Shown piece after piece: positions 14,334 through 24,325 of a stretch of 58,653 bases of DNA. This DNA is from Eubacteriales bacterium. GTDB taxonomy: Bacteria > Bacillota > Clostridia > Oscillospirales > CAG-272. Location: the NCBI GenBank assembly GCA_045652665.1, contig JAZRUS010000003.1, positions 1 through 58,653 on the forward strand, read 5' to 3'. How positions within the stretch are numbered: the first letter of the stretch is position 1; the number at the start of each line of letters is the position of its first letter. The translations under genes were made by a program, and so were the position numbers. The notes below the pieces were generated by a model. The model worked only from the letters and a program-made list of their open reading frames with translations, searched no databases and was not told the origin of the DNA.

Positions 14334-14380
14334 AAAAGCACTTATGACATACGGTACGTTTATCATAAGTGCTTTTTATT
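14334..14380 (+). terminator. rho-independent terminator
   Basis: 14-bp stem AAAAGCACTTATGA / TCATAAGTGCTTTT followed by a T-run. Confidence 0.8.
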
Positions 14381-14496
14381 GTTTCGTTAAATCTGCGTTA
14401 TAGAACACTTTATAAACACATTTTCTCCAAACCTATTTACATCTTGAGTTTTTTGTGTTAGAATGTTTCCGTTAGTCCTTTAAATTGGAGGTTTTC

Positions 14497-15096
14497 GTGG
14501 AAACTTGGAATATAATCGCGCAGGCACTCGGCATTACGGGTCCTTTGGATATCGTCGCGCAGATTTTCGGCATTTTCGGTATGATCTTTATGATCTCGTC
14601 GTTTCAGGTAAAAAGACAGCGGGGACTGATCATAGTTCAGCTGGTTAGCGCTACCTTCTTTTTCTTGAACTTCTTGTTTCTTGGTATAGCGGCGGGGAAG
14701 GTCCTCAGCGGAATGATCCTTAATTTTATAGCTATTCTGAGATGCGTCGTTTATTCAAACAAGGAGAAGTTTCGCGCAGATAAGAAAATATGGCTTTTCG
14801 GATTCATTGCATCCTATTTCCTTGCTTATGCGGCTATCTTTACACTGCTCGGCACTGAGGCTACCGTTGAAAATCTCTTTATAGAGATACTTCCCGTCAT
14901 AGGTATGACATCAAGCAATATTGCCTTTTTCAAGAACGATGCGCGTTCGGTGCGCCTTCTCGGCTTTATATCCTCGCCTACCTGGTTGATTTACGACATA
15001 ATCTACTCTTCGATCGGCGGCGTAATTACGGAATCCTTGAGCCTTGTTTCGATAATTGTAGGCTTGATTCGTTACGATATAGGCAAAAAGCATTAA
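14497..15096 (+). CDS. YgjV-like inner membrane protein
   Basis: Small polytopic membrane protein. I prefer the GTG at 14497, which lies 5 nt after GGAGG, over the TTG at 14485. Confidence 0.55.
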   Translation: METWNIIAQALGITGPLDIVAQIFGIFGMIFMISSFQVKRQRGLIIVQLVSATFFFLNFLFLGIAAGKVLSGMILNFIAILRCVVYSNKEKFRADKKIWLFGFIASYFLAYAAIFTLLGTEATVENLFIEILPVIGMTSSNIAFFKNDARSVRLLGFISSPTWLIYDIIYSSIGGVITESLSLVSIIVGLIRYDIGKKH

Positions 15097-15229
15097 CAGT
15101 ATTGAGCTTGAATAATTAAAAAATGCGGAAGATTTTGTGCGCTCATTGCACGGTCTTCCCGTTTTTTGTTTGTATTCACTTTATTTCGGCGATTTTTAGG
15201 CAGATATCCGAAGCATTTTAAATATATTA

Positions 15230-15258
15230 TTGACATTATATTTATGAAATGGTATAAT
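15230..15258 (+). promoter_or_regulatory. glnA promoter
   Basis: TTGACA (15230-15235), a 17-nt spacer, then TATAAT (15253-15258). Confidence 0.65.
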
Positions 15259-15306
15259 CTTCATTGGAAAGATATTAGTAAATATACAAGGAGAAAAAGA
15301 GTAAAA

Positions 15307-16731
15307 ATGGCAAAAAGTGTACAGGATATTTTGGCTCTCATCAAGGAGCACGGCATTAAGATGGTTGATTTCAAGATGGTTGACATTAACGGTCAGTACC
15401 GTCACGTAACCATTCCCGCAGAAAACTTCTCAGAGGACACCATGCGTAGCGGTATCGGATTTGATGCATCAAATTACGGCTACGCAGTAGTAGAAAAGAG
15501 CGATATGGTGTTCATTCCCGACCCCGATACGGCGGTAATCGATCCCTTCTGCACGATTCCCACGCTTTCTATGACGGGAAATGCAATGATAATCGATTCT
15601 CCGGAAAACCGTCCGCTTCCTCAGTATCCCAGAAACATAATCAAGGCGGCTGTAAAAGCAATGCAGGACAGCGGCGTTGCGGATACAATGTATATTCTTC
15701 CCGAATTTGAGTTTTATCTGTTTGACAACGTAAGCTGGAGTGTTGATGCTAACTGTGTCGGCGCATCGGTGGATGCACAGCAGTCGTATTGGAACAGCTC
15801 GCTTGAAGGCAAGGGCGTTATCGTTCAAAAACAGAAAAACTATCATATAGCAAAGCCCTTCGACGTTTCCTATGAGTGCCGCAGCGAGATGTGTATGCAT
15901 ATGAAGGATGCGGGCATAGAGATAAACTATCATCATCCCGAGGTTGCCGCCTCAGGTCAGTTTGAGATCGAGCCCCAGCTGGGCGAGGTAGTGCATATGG
16001 CTGACGCATCTATGATGATCAAGTATATCATCCATAATACCGCGCTCAAATATGATAAAACCGCAACCTTTATGCCGAAGCCTATATACGGTGAGGCGGG
16101 CAGCGGAATGCACGTTCATATGCTTCTGATGAAGGACGGCAAGCCCGTATTCTCCGATGACAATGGCTACGCGCACCTTTCCGAGACAGCGCATTACTTT
16201 ATGGGCGGACTTCTTAAGCACATTGCTTCTCTCTGCGCGATAACCAATCCTTCGACCAATTCCTTCAAGAGACTTGTTCCGGGCTTTGAGGCACCGGTTA
16301 CGGTGGGGTATGCAACGTCCAACCGTTCTGCGGTCATCCGTATTCCCGCATATGCAAAGAGTCCTGAAAAGCGTCGGTTTGAGCTCAGAAATCCCGACGC
16401 GACCTGTAACCCGTATTTCTGCTATGCTGCGATCCTTATGGCAGGTCTTGACGGCATAAAGAATAAGATCGATCCCCACGAAAACGGATGGGGCCCCTAC
16501 GACTTCAACCTCTTCCATCTTCCCGAGGAAGAAAAGGCAAAGCTCAAGGGACTTCCCACCTCGCTTCCCGAGGCGCTTGACGCGCTTGAGGCAGATAACG
16601 ATTATCTTACCGCAAACGGCGTATTCCCGAAGGAGCTTATTGCGAACTTCATCAAAACCAAGAGGGCAGAGTGTCTTGAGCTTTCAAAGATACCCCATCC
16701 CGCAGAGTTCGAAAGATATTACAATCTTTAA
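15307..16731 (+). CDS. glnA: glutamine synthetase
   Basis: Starting at MAKSVQDILALIKEHGIKMVDFKMVDINGQYRHVTIP. It carries the HHPEVAASGQFEI, GSGMHVHM and NRSAVIRIP motifs. AAGGAGA RBS. The 47-codon upstream extension in the ORF track spans the promoter. Confidence 0.92.
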   Translation: MAKSVQDILALIKEHGIKMVDFKMVDINGQYRHVTIPAENFSEDTMRSGIGFDASNYGYAVVEKSDMVFIPDPDTAVIDPFCTIPTLSMTGNAMIIDSPENRPLPQYPRNIIKAAVKAMQDSGVADTMYILPEFEFYLFDNVSWSVDANCVGASVDAQQSYWNSSLEGKGVIVQKQKNYHIAKPFDVSYECRSEMCMHMKDAGIEINYHHPEVAASGQFEIEPQLGEVVHMADASMMIKYIIHNTALKYDKTATFMPKPIYGEAGSGMHVHMLLMKDGKPVFSDDNGYAHLSETAHYFMGGLLKHIASLCAITNPSTNSFKRLVPGFEAPVTVGYATSNRSAVIRIPAYAKSPEKRRFELRNPDATCNPYFCYAAILMAGLDGIKNKIDPHENGWGPYDFNLFHLPEEEKAKLKGLPTSLPEALDALEADNDYLTANGVFPKELIANFIKTKRAECLELSKIPHPAEFERYYNL

Positions 16732-16822
16732 TCAAGATTTCCAATATCGGAAGGCTTCGAGCAAATGCTTCGGTTGTTAGAATGGGTTTTGTGCTTGAGA
16801 TAACTACCGCTTGCTATATACA

Positions 16823-16870
16823 AAACACCCCAAGATGCCGTGTTCGTGCGGTGCATCTTGGGGTGTTTTT
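16823..16870. terminator. bidirectional terminator between glnA and lysS
   Basis: 15-bp stem AACACCCCAAGATGC / GCATCTTGGGGTGTT followed by a T-run. Confidence 0.8.
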
Positions 16871-16881
16871 GTTAGTTTTTA

Positions 16882-18393
16882 TTAAGTCTCGGGCTTCATT
16901 GTGGGGAAGAGGAGAACGTCTCTAATGGATGCCGAGTCGGTGAGAAGCATGACGAGTCTGTCAACACCGAATCCGAGCCCTCCTGTAGGGGGCATTCCGT
17001 ATTCAAGCGCGGTGACGTAGTCGTAGTCTACCTCTGCTCTGCAATTCGGCTCTTCCTTGCGCTTAGACTCGACCTGACGCTCGAATCTTTCCTTCTGGTC
17101 GATTGGGTCATTAAGCTCAGAGAATGCGTTGCCGTATTCCGTGCAATTGATGAAATACTCAAATCTTTCGGTGAAGAGCGGATTTTCGGGCTTCTTCTTT
17201 GCGAGAGGTGAGTTTTCAACGGGATAGTCGTAAATGAAGGTGGGCTGAATAAGCTTGTCCTCGACAAATGCATCAAAGAACTCTACGAGAACTGTACCCC
17301 GTGTAGCATTTTCTGGAATTTCAACGTGGTGCTTCTTTGCGTCGGCTCTTGCATCCTCGTCGCATTTCCAATCGTTGTAATCCACTCCGGAATATTTTTT
17401 GACTGCCTCAACCATTGTAAGGCGCTCCCACTTTCCGAGGTCGATCTCTATTCCCTGATAGGTGATCTTGGTCGATCCGCAAACCTTCTCTGCAAGCATC
17501 TTGTAGAGCTCCTCTACAAGATCCATCATGCCGTAGTAATCGGTATATGCCTGATAAAGCTCTATTGAGGTAAATTCGGGGTTGTGCTTCTGGTCCATGC
17601 CCTCGTTTCTAAATATTCTGCCGACCTCATATACCTTGTTCATTCCGCCGACGATGAGGCGCTTGAGGTAAAGCTCGGTCTCGATACGAAGATACATATC
17701 CATATCAAGAGTGTTGTGGTGAGTTATAAAGGGGCGCGCGGATGCACCGATCTCAAGCGGAACGAGTATCGGGGTATCAACCTCAAGGAATCCCTTTGAA
17801 TCAAGATAATCTCTTATGAGGCGGAGTATCTTCGAGCGCTTTACGAAGGTATCCTTTACCTCGGGATTTGCGATAAGGTCAACGTATCTTTGTCTGTATC
17901 TCTGCTCAAGATTTGTGAGGCCGTGGAACTTCTCGGGAAGGGGAATGAGGGATTTTGCAAGAAGGGTCGCGCTCGTTGCGTGCACCGAGATCTCTCCCGT
18001 GCGGGTGCGGAACAGCTTTCCTTCAACTCCGACGATATCGCCGATATCCCACTTCTTGAACGCCGCATAGCTTTCATCACCCAGGCTGTCTCGTGAGACG
18101 TAAAGCTGTATCTTTCCTTCTCCGTCAAGAAGATGTGCGAAGGATGCCTTGCCCATTATTCTTCGGCTTGTTATTCTTCCCGCGACCCTGACGGTAAGCT
18201 CCTCGCCGCTTTCGGTAAGCGCGGCTTCCTTTTCCTCATATTCGGCGATTGCCGAAACGCTTGCGTGGGTAACGTCGTACTTCGTTATTGCAAAAGGATT
18301 GCTTCCCGCTTCAACAAGAGCCGAAAGCTTTTCGCGGCGAACTACAAGCTCGCTTGACTGATTTTGCTGATTCTGATTGTTTTCGTTTGCCAT
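16882..18393 (-). CDS. lysS: lysine--tRNA ligase (class II)
   Basis: 503 aa, with an OB-fold N-domain followed by class II motifs (FRNEG, GGLGFGVDRLVMLL). Confidence 0.93.
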   Translation of the reverse strand: MANENNQNQQNQSSELVVRREKLSALVEAGSNPFAITKYDVTHASVSAIAEYEEKEAALTESGEELTVRVAGRITSRRIMGKASFAHLLDGEGKIQLYVSRDSLGDESYAAFKKWDIGDIVGVEGKLFRTRTGEISVHATSATLLAKSLIPLPEKFHGLTNLEQRYRQRYVDLIANPEVKDTFVKRSKILRLIRDYLDSKGFLEVDTPILVPLEIGASARPFITHHNTLDMDMYLRIETELYLKRLIVGGMNKVYEVGRIFRNEGMDQKHNPEFTSIELYQAYTDYYGMMDLVEELYKMLAEKVCGSTKITYQGIEIDLGKWERLTMVEAVKKYSGVDYNDWKCDEDARADAKKHHVEIPENATRGTVLVEFFDAFVEDKLIQPTFIYDYPVENSPLAKKKPENPLFTERFEYFINCTEYGNAFSELNDPIDQKERFERQVESKRKEEPNCRAEVDYDYVTALEYGMPPTGGLGFGVDRLVMLLTDSASIRDVLLFPTMKPET

Positions 18394-18413
18394 TTTTCGG
18401 ATCCTTTCGACAA

Positions 18414-18893
18414 TTATTCCTTTGCTCTGGAAACTGCCTTGACCTCAAGAGTCTGCTCTCTTGCGCCTGTAACCGTAACGACATCTCCCGCTCTCGCGCC
18501 GAGGAGGGCAATTCCGATAGGAGAGGAGTCGGATATCTTTCCGTTTCTGGGATCGGTTTCGTATGAGCCGACTACGTGATAGGTCGCTTCCATATTGCGG
18601 GTCTTGTTAAACACCTTAACTATTGAGCCTACGCTTACTTTTGATTCGTCGATCTGCGATTCGTCAATTACCTTTGCGTGAGCGATCATCTCGCGGAGCT
18701 CAGCGATTCTTGCGTGTATTTTTCCCTGTTCAGCCTTCGCCTCGTCATACTCGCTGTTTTCCGAGAGGTCGCCGAATGATCTCGCGGTGGAGATTTCCTT
18801 CTTATTTTCTTCAACACGTACCGTCTCAAGATAATCGAGCTCGTCCTGAAGTGCCTTAAAGCCTTGGGGGGTGTAGGTTTTTGCTTCTGCCAT
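18414..18893 (-). CDS. greA: transcription elongation factor GreA
   Basis: 159 aa. The motifs ARSFGDLSENSEYDEAK and the C-terminal SPIGIALLG are present. The greA-lysS order is conserved in Firmicutes. Confidence 0.92.
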   Translation of the reverse strand: MAEAKTYTPQGFKALQDELDYLETVRVEENKKEISTARSFGDLSENSEYDEAKAEQGKIHARIAELREMIAHAKVIDESQIDESKVSVGSIVKVFNKTRNMEATYHVVGSYETDPRNGKISDSSPIGIALLGARAGDVVTVTGAREQTLEVKAVSRAKE

Positions 18894-18913
18894 TTTGATA
18901 TATCTCCTGATAA

Positions 18914-20164
18914 TTATTTTACTAAATTAGCTATTTCGGTATATGCTGCATCGAGCTGAGCGTCCATGCCCTCGACCGCGTCTGTTTTTACGTCGGGCTT
19001 AATTCCCTCGCCGTCGTAATTTTCGCCGCACGGGGGGGTATAAAATGCAACCGTCATAGTTAACGTTGACCCGTCACCGAGCTCAAACGTAGATTGCATA
19101 ACGCCTTTTCCGTAAGTAGTGTTGCCGACCGTAGTTACCTCAAGATAACCGAATTTGTCGTCAAAATCCCGCATAGCCGCAGTGAACAGCTCTCCTGCCG
19201 ACGCCGTGTTTTCGTTACATAAAACTACGGACGGAATGAGGAAGGAGTGAGAATGGTTGTCGTATTTCGGTGCACCATAATCGTTAGAAAAGGATACGAT
19301 AATCGCATCGTCGGGCGCAATATAAGACAGAATGCTCACCACGGATGAAAGATATCCGCCGGGGTTCGAGCGAAGGTCGTATATCACTCCGACCGCACCG
19401 TTTTCCTCAAGGAAGCTTACTGCCTCGACAAATTGACTTGCGGTGTTCGATTTGAATGAGGTGATCTTGATATATCCTATCTTATTTTCGTCAATAGAAT
19501 AGGTAACGTTTTTTGTGTCTACCCTCTTTCTGATAACGTCTAGGGTAAGCTCCGCGCCGTCTCGCCTAAGGCTGATGTTGACGTAGGTGTTCTCCTCACC
19601 CTTGATTAATGAAACGGTTTTGTTATATCCGATCTCCGAGACCGGCCGTCCCTCTACGGCGTATATTACGTCGCCGACGTTGATTCCTGCCTCCTCAGCT
19701 CCGCTGCCCGAGTAGACCTCGTTAACGGTCAGGGCACCGCCTACCTCATCATAACTTACAAGGACTCCGATTCCATAATAGGTACCGCTCATATCCTCGT
19801 CGTATTCCTCGTATTCCACGGGAGTCCTGTACTTTGAATATCTGTCGCCTATCGCGTGGACGTAACAGGTTATCAACGCATCGGTAACCTCATCGGAATT
19901 ACCCGTGTCAATTTTTTCATGGTAGTTTTCGAAATACAGGGCTGCGGTCTTTTCAGCCATTTCATCCGGCTCGGGGATGTCACTTACGTAATAATCTCTG
20001 TAATACCTCTCGACCGCCGTAAATTTGCTTTCGTTAAAATCGGGAACGCCGAGATCTGAAAGTCGGTCTGCCGCGAAGTCGCACGAGGTGAGAAGAAGTA
20101 CGGTACAAAGAAGTGTAACGGAAAGGAAAAGAAGTCTTAGAAAAAATCTTTTAATACTATTCAT
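18914..20164 (-). CDS. S41 family C-terminal processing peptidase with PDZ domain
   Basis: Signal/lipoprotein-like N-terminus, a PDZ-like segment (AGINVGDVIYAVEG), then LRSNPGGYL and ENTASAGELF. Confidence 0.85.
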   Translation of the reverse strand: MNSIKRFFLRLLFLSVTLLCTVLLLTSCDFAADRLSDLGVPDFNESKFTAVERYYRDYYVSDIPEPDEMAEKTAALYFENYHEKIDTGNSDEVTDALITCYVHAIGDRYSKYRTPVEYEEYDEDMSGTYYGIGVLVSYDEVGGALTVNEVYSGSGAEEAGINVGDVIYAVEGRPVSEIGYNKTVSLIKGEENTYVNISLRRDGAELTLDVIRKRVDTKNVTYSIDENKIGYIKITSFKSNTASQFVEAVSFLEENGAVGVIYDLRSNPGGYLSSVVSILSYIAPDDAIIVSFSNDYGAPKYDNHSHSFLIPSVVLCNENTASAGELFTAAMRDFDDKFGYLEVTTVGNTTYGKGVMQSTFELGDGSTLTMTVAFYTPPCGENYDGEGIKPDVKTDAVEGMDAQLDAAYTEIANLVK

Positions 20165-20194
20165 TTCTTTTACCTTCTAAAAATAAAACCTGTC

Positions 20195-20239
20195 AAAAAA
20201 TCAATATTTACCCCACCTCGCAGGCAGGGTAAATATTGA
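20195..20239 (-). terminator. rho-independent terminator of the CdaR-like gene
   Basis: 13-bp stem TCAATATTTACCC / GGGTAAATATTGA followed on the minus strand by T6. Confidence 0.75.
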
Positions 20240-20247
20240 TTATAACA

Positions 20248-21330
20248 TCAGAACTTGGTTGGCTTGCTCGTGAGGTACTTTTTAACCATCAGCGCAACCT
20301 TGAAGGTTACGGCGTGGTCAAATTCGCGAAGATCAAGACCGGTGAGCTTTCTTATCTTTTCAAGTCTGTACACGAGAGTATTTCTGTGAACGAAGAGCTT
20401 CCTTGAGGTCTCGGAAACGTTGAGGTTGTTTTCGAAGAAGCTCTGGACCGTCATGAGAGTTTCTCTGTCAAGCGACTCAAGAGATCCCTTTTTGAACACT
20501 TCACCGAGGAATATTTCACAAAGCGTTGCGGGAAGCTGATATATGAGTCTGCCTATTCCGAGGTTCTCGTAGCACATGATTGGCTTTTCAATATCGAACA
20601 CCTTGCCTACCTCAAGTGATATACGTGCTTCCTTGTATGCGCGGGCAAGATCCTTGAGGTTTTCTACTACGGAGGAGATTCCGACAAGAAGCTTCACAGA
20701 ATGCTCGCGTCCGACGGATGCGATAGTACTGCGCGCATATTCCTCAAGATCATCCGCCGTGGTCTGTGCGGTTACTTCCTTAACTATTACGATATCCTGC
20801 TCGCTGATACCGATAACGTAATCCTTCGATTTATCGGGAATGAGGTTCTGAACGATTTCGTAAGGAGGTATGGGGGATGTCCCCTGAAATTTGAGAACTA
20901 TAACTGCACGAAGCTCCTCGCTAAAGTGAAGCTCGTTCGATTTTATGTATATATCGCTCGGAAGTATGTTATCCAGAATGATATTTTTTATAAATGAAAC
21001 CTTATCGTATTTTTCGTCATAGAGGCTTTTGATGTTTCCAAGGGATATCGTAAGGATCTCAGACATCTTGTTTGCGTGAAGATCGTCACCCTCAACGAAT
21101 ACGATGCAATCGCTTTTTCCGGCTGAGGTTATGAATCGGTAGGTATAACCGTCGTAGACTATAGAATCGGATGAGAAGGAGAGCTCCTCCTTTATGCGTT
21201 GCTTTGACTCGCCGATTCTGCCGAGCTCGCTCGCTGCAATTATAATGCCGCTCTCATCGATAACTCCGATATTACGGCCGATAACATCCCTCATTTGATG
21301 TATGACGTTTTGAAATAAACGGTTGGACAT
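20248..21330 (-). CDS. CdaR/PucR-family transcriptional regulator
   Basis: The C-terminal HTH is ETSRKLFVHRNTLVYRLEKIRKLTGLDL. I prefer the ATG at 21330 (CAGGAG RBS) over the ORF-track start at 21354. Confidence 0.8.
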   Translation of the reverse strand: MSNRLFQNVIHQMRDVIGRNIGVIDESGIIIAASELGRIGESKQRIKEELSFSSDSIVYDGYTYRFITSAGKSDCIVFVEGDDLHANKMSEILTISLGNIKSLYDEKYDKVSFIKNIILDNILPSDIYIKSNELHFSEELRAVIVLKFQGTSPIPPYEIVQNLIPDKSKDYVIGISEQDIVIVKEVTAQTTADDLEEYARSTIASVGREHSVKLLVGISSVVENLKDLARAYKEARISLEVGKVFDIEKPIMCYENLGIGRLIYQLPATLCEIFLGEVFKKGSLESLDRETLMTVQSFFENNLNVSETSRKLFVHRNTLVYRLEKIRKLTGLDLREFDHAVTFKVALMVKKYLTSKPTKF

Positions 21331-21567
21331 AAAAAACTCCTGACAGAAAAACATCTATTTTGGTGATACTGTACTATATTCTACAATATTTTTTGATATT
21401 TTTCAATAGTTTTTCAAAAAATAATTACGAATTACACAAAAAATCATGTTTTATTTGTTGATTTTCACTTTATCGCAGAGAAAACAGTGGGCGAAAAGTG
21501 CAATGATAAAGTGGGGTGCGGTATATTAGTTAACAGTGCGTTCCGCCTTCTTGCGCCAATCCAGCTT

Positions 21568-22311
21568 TTAGCTTCTGTCAAGCTCAAAGGCATAGGAAAT
21601 TGCCGCAAGAGCATAAGTGGGTGCTGTCTCGCACCGCAATATTCGCGGGCCGAGATTGACCGGAACCAGACCGACGTCTGTTGCCCGGCGTGACTCATCG
21701 AGGGAAAAACCTCCCTCGCATCCCACGGTAACGGAAACTGTTTTTATGTTTCTGCAGGATTCAAGAACTGCTCTTAGCGATCTCGTTCCGTCTCCTTCGT
21801 AGCAAAACAGAGCAAGATCCGCCTTAGCAGCCTCACTGATTGCTTCGTTAAAGCTTATTGCAGGCAAAACCTCCGGAAGACGGGATCTGCCGCACTGCTT
21901 CGCCGCTTCTTCCGCGATCCTTGACAGGCGCGCGCCTTGCTTTTCCGCCTTATCCTGACGCGGTCTTTTTATACAGCGCGAGGATTCAAAGGGAATTATT
22001 CTCGTTGCGCCCAGCTCTACCGCCTTTTGTATTACCGTCTCGAGTTTATCTCCCTTAGGATAACTCATAAAAAGAGTAATATCCACGGGCGACTCGTTTG
22101 CTCCGTCGCTGACGGATAGAATCTCGCACTCGCATTCGTCGTCTCTGATCTTTACGAGTCGGCAAAGGTATTCACGCCCCTTCATATCTGCTACGGTTAT
22201 CTCGTCTCCGACCGCCATTCTGAGCGCTCTTGCAATATGGTATGAGTCATCACCTGTAATTTTTACCTTGTTCCCGTCAAAATTATCCGACGGAGTGAAA
22301 AATCTGGGCAT
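21568..22311 (-). CDS. rsmE: 16S rRNA (uracil1498-N3)-methyltransferase
   Basis: 247 aa with the RsmE pattern: MPRFF ... HIARALRM, then a C-terminal SPOUT-type GPRILRCETA. Confidence 0.85.
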   Translation of the reverse strand: MPRFFTPSDNFDGNKVKITGDDSYHIARALRMAVGDEITVADMKGREYLCRLVKIRDDECECEILSVSDGANESPVDITLFMSYPKGDKLETVIQKAVELGATRIIPFESSRCIKRPRQDKAEKQGARLSRIAEEAAKQCGRSRLPEVLPAISFNEAISEAAKADLALFCYEGDGTRSLRAVLESCRNIKTVSVTVGCEGGFSLDESRRATDVGLVPVNLGPRILRCETAPTYALAAISYAFELDRS

Positions 22312-22329
22312 TTTTAAGACCTTTCAAAA

Positions 22330-23247
22330 TTAGATTTTTTTTACCATCATGGCGATCCAGTCGTTTTCCTTTTCCTCTCGCACGACGGAAAAACCGTTTT
22401 GTCTCACCGATTCTCTGACCTCATCAGCTCTCATCGATATTATTCCGGAGAGAATAAGCGGTGCGCCCTCTGAAAGATAATCCGATATGTCGGGCATCAT
22501 CCTTATTATTATGTCCGCCACAATATTTGCGACGCAGAAGTCATATTTTCCGAGAGTCAGATCAACTCCGTGTAAAAGATCGGAGACTCCGACGGTAATA
22601 TTGTCGCAGCCGTCGGATTCTGCATTTTCCTTGGCTATCTTTACGGCAACAGGATCAATATCGTATGCATTACAGCTCTTTGCGCCAAGCTTGGATGCAC
22701 AGATCGACAGGATTCCCGAGCCTGTTCCCACGTCGAGTACGCGCTCGCCGCCGCGGATCTCGTCCTGCATTATCCTCATTACGAGTCTTGTCGTTTCGTG
22801 CGTTCCCGTTCCAAACGCCATTCCCGGATCCATACGGATTACAACCTCGTCCGTCCTCGCGGAATAATCCTCCCATGCCGGAACTATAGTTACGCGGCCA
22901 AGCGGAATCGGCTTATAGTATTGCTTCCAACTCTCTGCCCAATCCTCTTCGTTCATTCCGTCAAGAGTGACGTCAGCGTCGATCGAGAGGCCTGAAAATC
23001 TTTCCGCAAGAAAGGCGGTATATTCCGAAAGGTTCTTTTCTTCGGGGACGAAAAGGGAGACCTTGACGGTATCCTTATCTGCGTTGAGGATTGATTCATC
23101 AACGAGATCTCCGTACATTCCGTTGAGAGTAAAGTCACTGTAATCTTCAATCATCAGACCGTTGTCGAGCATACTCATAACGGCCACTATGTCATCTAAC
23201 TGTTTCGTTTTTCCGATTGCTGTAAGCTTGGTCCAATTTCCTGCCAT
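22330..23247 (-). CDS. prmA: ribosomal protein L11 methyltransferase
   Basis: MDPGMAFGTGTHETT and LDVGTGSGILSI (SAM motif I) are present. The prmA-rsmE order is conserved. Confidence 0.88.
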   Translation of the reverse strand: MAGNWTKLTAIGKTKQLDDIVAVMSMLDNGLMIEDYSDFTLNGMYGDLVDESILNADKDTVKVSLFVPEEKNLSEYTAFLAERFSGLSIDADVTLDGMNEEDWAESWKQYYKPIPLGRVTIVPAWEDYSARTDEVVIRMDPGMAFGTGTHETTRLVMRIMQDEIRGGERVLDVGTGSGILSICASKLGAKSCNAYDIDPVAVKIAKENAESDGCDNITVGVSDLLHGVDLTLGKYDFCVANIVADIIIRMMPDISDYLSEGAPLILSGIISMRADEVRESVRQNGFSVVREEKENDWIAMMVKKI

Positions 23248-24155
23248 GTAAGTTCTCCATTCCTTTTAATTGCCATGCTTTTGTCAACATTTATTTGCAA
23301 AACCAGGCTTTGGGGGTCGTTAAATTTAATTTCGTCGCGCAAATAACCTAGGAAAAATATGCGAATGCTTTGCCCGTAAATATCGCCGGAAAAGTCAATT
23401 ATATGAGTCTCGGCGTGTTTTTCTCTTTGCTCAAAGGTCGGACAGACCCCGATGTTCGTAACCGCGTTATATAGTTTTCCCGATATATCCGCTGCGGTGC
23501 GGTAAACGCCGCATCCGATAGGGGCGATGCCGCTGGCAAGAGTTCCGTTTACGGTGGGGAATCCAAGCGCTTTGCCAACGCCGTTTCCGTGCTCGCCGAC
23601 ACAGTTCATAAAATAGGGCGCTCCGAGAAATTCAGCAGCCGCTTCAACGTTGCCGCTGCCGAGAAGCTCCTTGATTCTCGTCGTAGAAATCTTTTCTCCG
23701 TCGATCCTGTGCTCTTTTTCTATAGCACACGATCTTCCGGATTCGGAAAGCAGCCGTTGCAAAAGCATGGCATCTCCTGCCGCACGGTGTCCGAAGCGGA
23801 AGTCCTCGCCACAGACGGCAACCTTGCATCCAAGATCGCCTATCAGCACGTTATTAACGAAATCCGTAGGAGATACTGCGCAAAGTGATGCGAAATCTGC
23901 CAGCACAACCGCCTCAACACCGAGGGAATCGAGAATTTCAAGCTTCTGTTCGGTGGAGTAGATTACCCCATCTCCCTTTAGTGATGCTTCGGCGGGAAAG
24001 GTGAAAACGGTAAAGGTAAGACCCTTTTCGGTGGCGATCGCTTGAGCGGATTTAAGAAGACTGCGGTGACCGGCGTGTACGCCGTCAAAGAACCCTAGCG
24101 CGACAACGCTCTCCGAGAGCAGCTTTTGAGATGAAGAATATCTGTAGATCTGCAT
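23196..24155 (-). CDS. ribF: bifunctional riboflavin kinase / FMN adenylyltransferase
   Basis: ALGFFDGVHAGH and the kinase part GFPTVN ... ETHIIDF are present. The ATG at 24155 lies behind AGGAGGA. The 3' end overlaps prmA by 52 nt. Confidence 0.88.
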   Translation of the reverse strand: MQIYRYSSSQKLLSESVVALGFFDGVHAGHRSLLKSAQAIATEKGLTFTVFTFPAEASLKGDGVIYSTEQKLEILDSLGVEAVVLADFASLCAVSPTDFVNNVLIGDLGCKVAVCGEDFRFGHRAAGDAMLLQRLLSESGRSCAIEKEHRIDGEKISTTRIKELLGSGNVEAAAEFLGAPYFMNCVGEHGNGVGKALGFPTVNGTLASGIAPIGCGVYRTAADISGKLYNAVTNIGVCPTFEQREKHAETHIIDFSGDIYGQSIRIFFLGYLRDEIKFNDPQSLVLQINVDKSMAIKRNGELTWQEIGPSLQQSEKRNS

Positions 24156-24266
24156 GCCTTTCCTCCTTTTCCCCGACAATCGCATAAAGTTAATGCATTT
24201 TATTACGATATATTATAACTTAATTTCTTTTAAAAGTCAACACGTGCGTGTATATAATAGAAAAGA

Positions 24267-24295
24267 TTGACAAAAAAAGAGTTATGTGTTAGAAT
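24267..24295 (+). promoter_or_regulatory. promoter of the MFS/GDPD pair
   Basis: TTGACA (24267-24272), a 17-nt spacer, then TAGAAT (24290-24295). Confidence 0.6.
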
Positions 24296-24325
24296 ATACA
24301 CATCATTACATTTTAGGAGATAATT

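Noticed and set aside
15166-15306. 47-codon N-terminal extension of glnA in the ORF track, and a possible glutamine riboswitch or T-box leader
   Set aside because: The extension covers the TTGACA-17-TATAAT promoter. The conserved GS N-terminus starts at the ATG at 15307, which has an AAGGAGA RBS. The leader is only ~45 nt, and I saw no T-box sequence or riboswitch-like structure.
21355-21567. ORFs 21465-21698 and 21487-21693 between the CdaR-like gene and rsmE
   Set aside because: They overlap the 3' end of rsmE, are short, have no RBS and match no family. The gap is more likely a promoter/terminator region.
23196-23247. 52-nt overlap between the ribF 3' end and the prmA 5' end as a possible frameshift or annotation problem
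   Set aside because: Both reading frames show conserved family sequence right up to the overlap: the prmA N-terminus with the W.KL..I pattern, and a complete ribF kinase domain before the tail. This is an ordinary gene overlap, so I did not pursue it.
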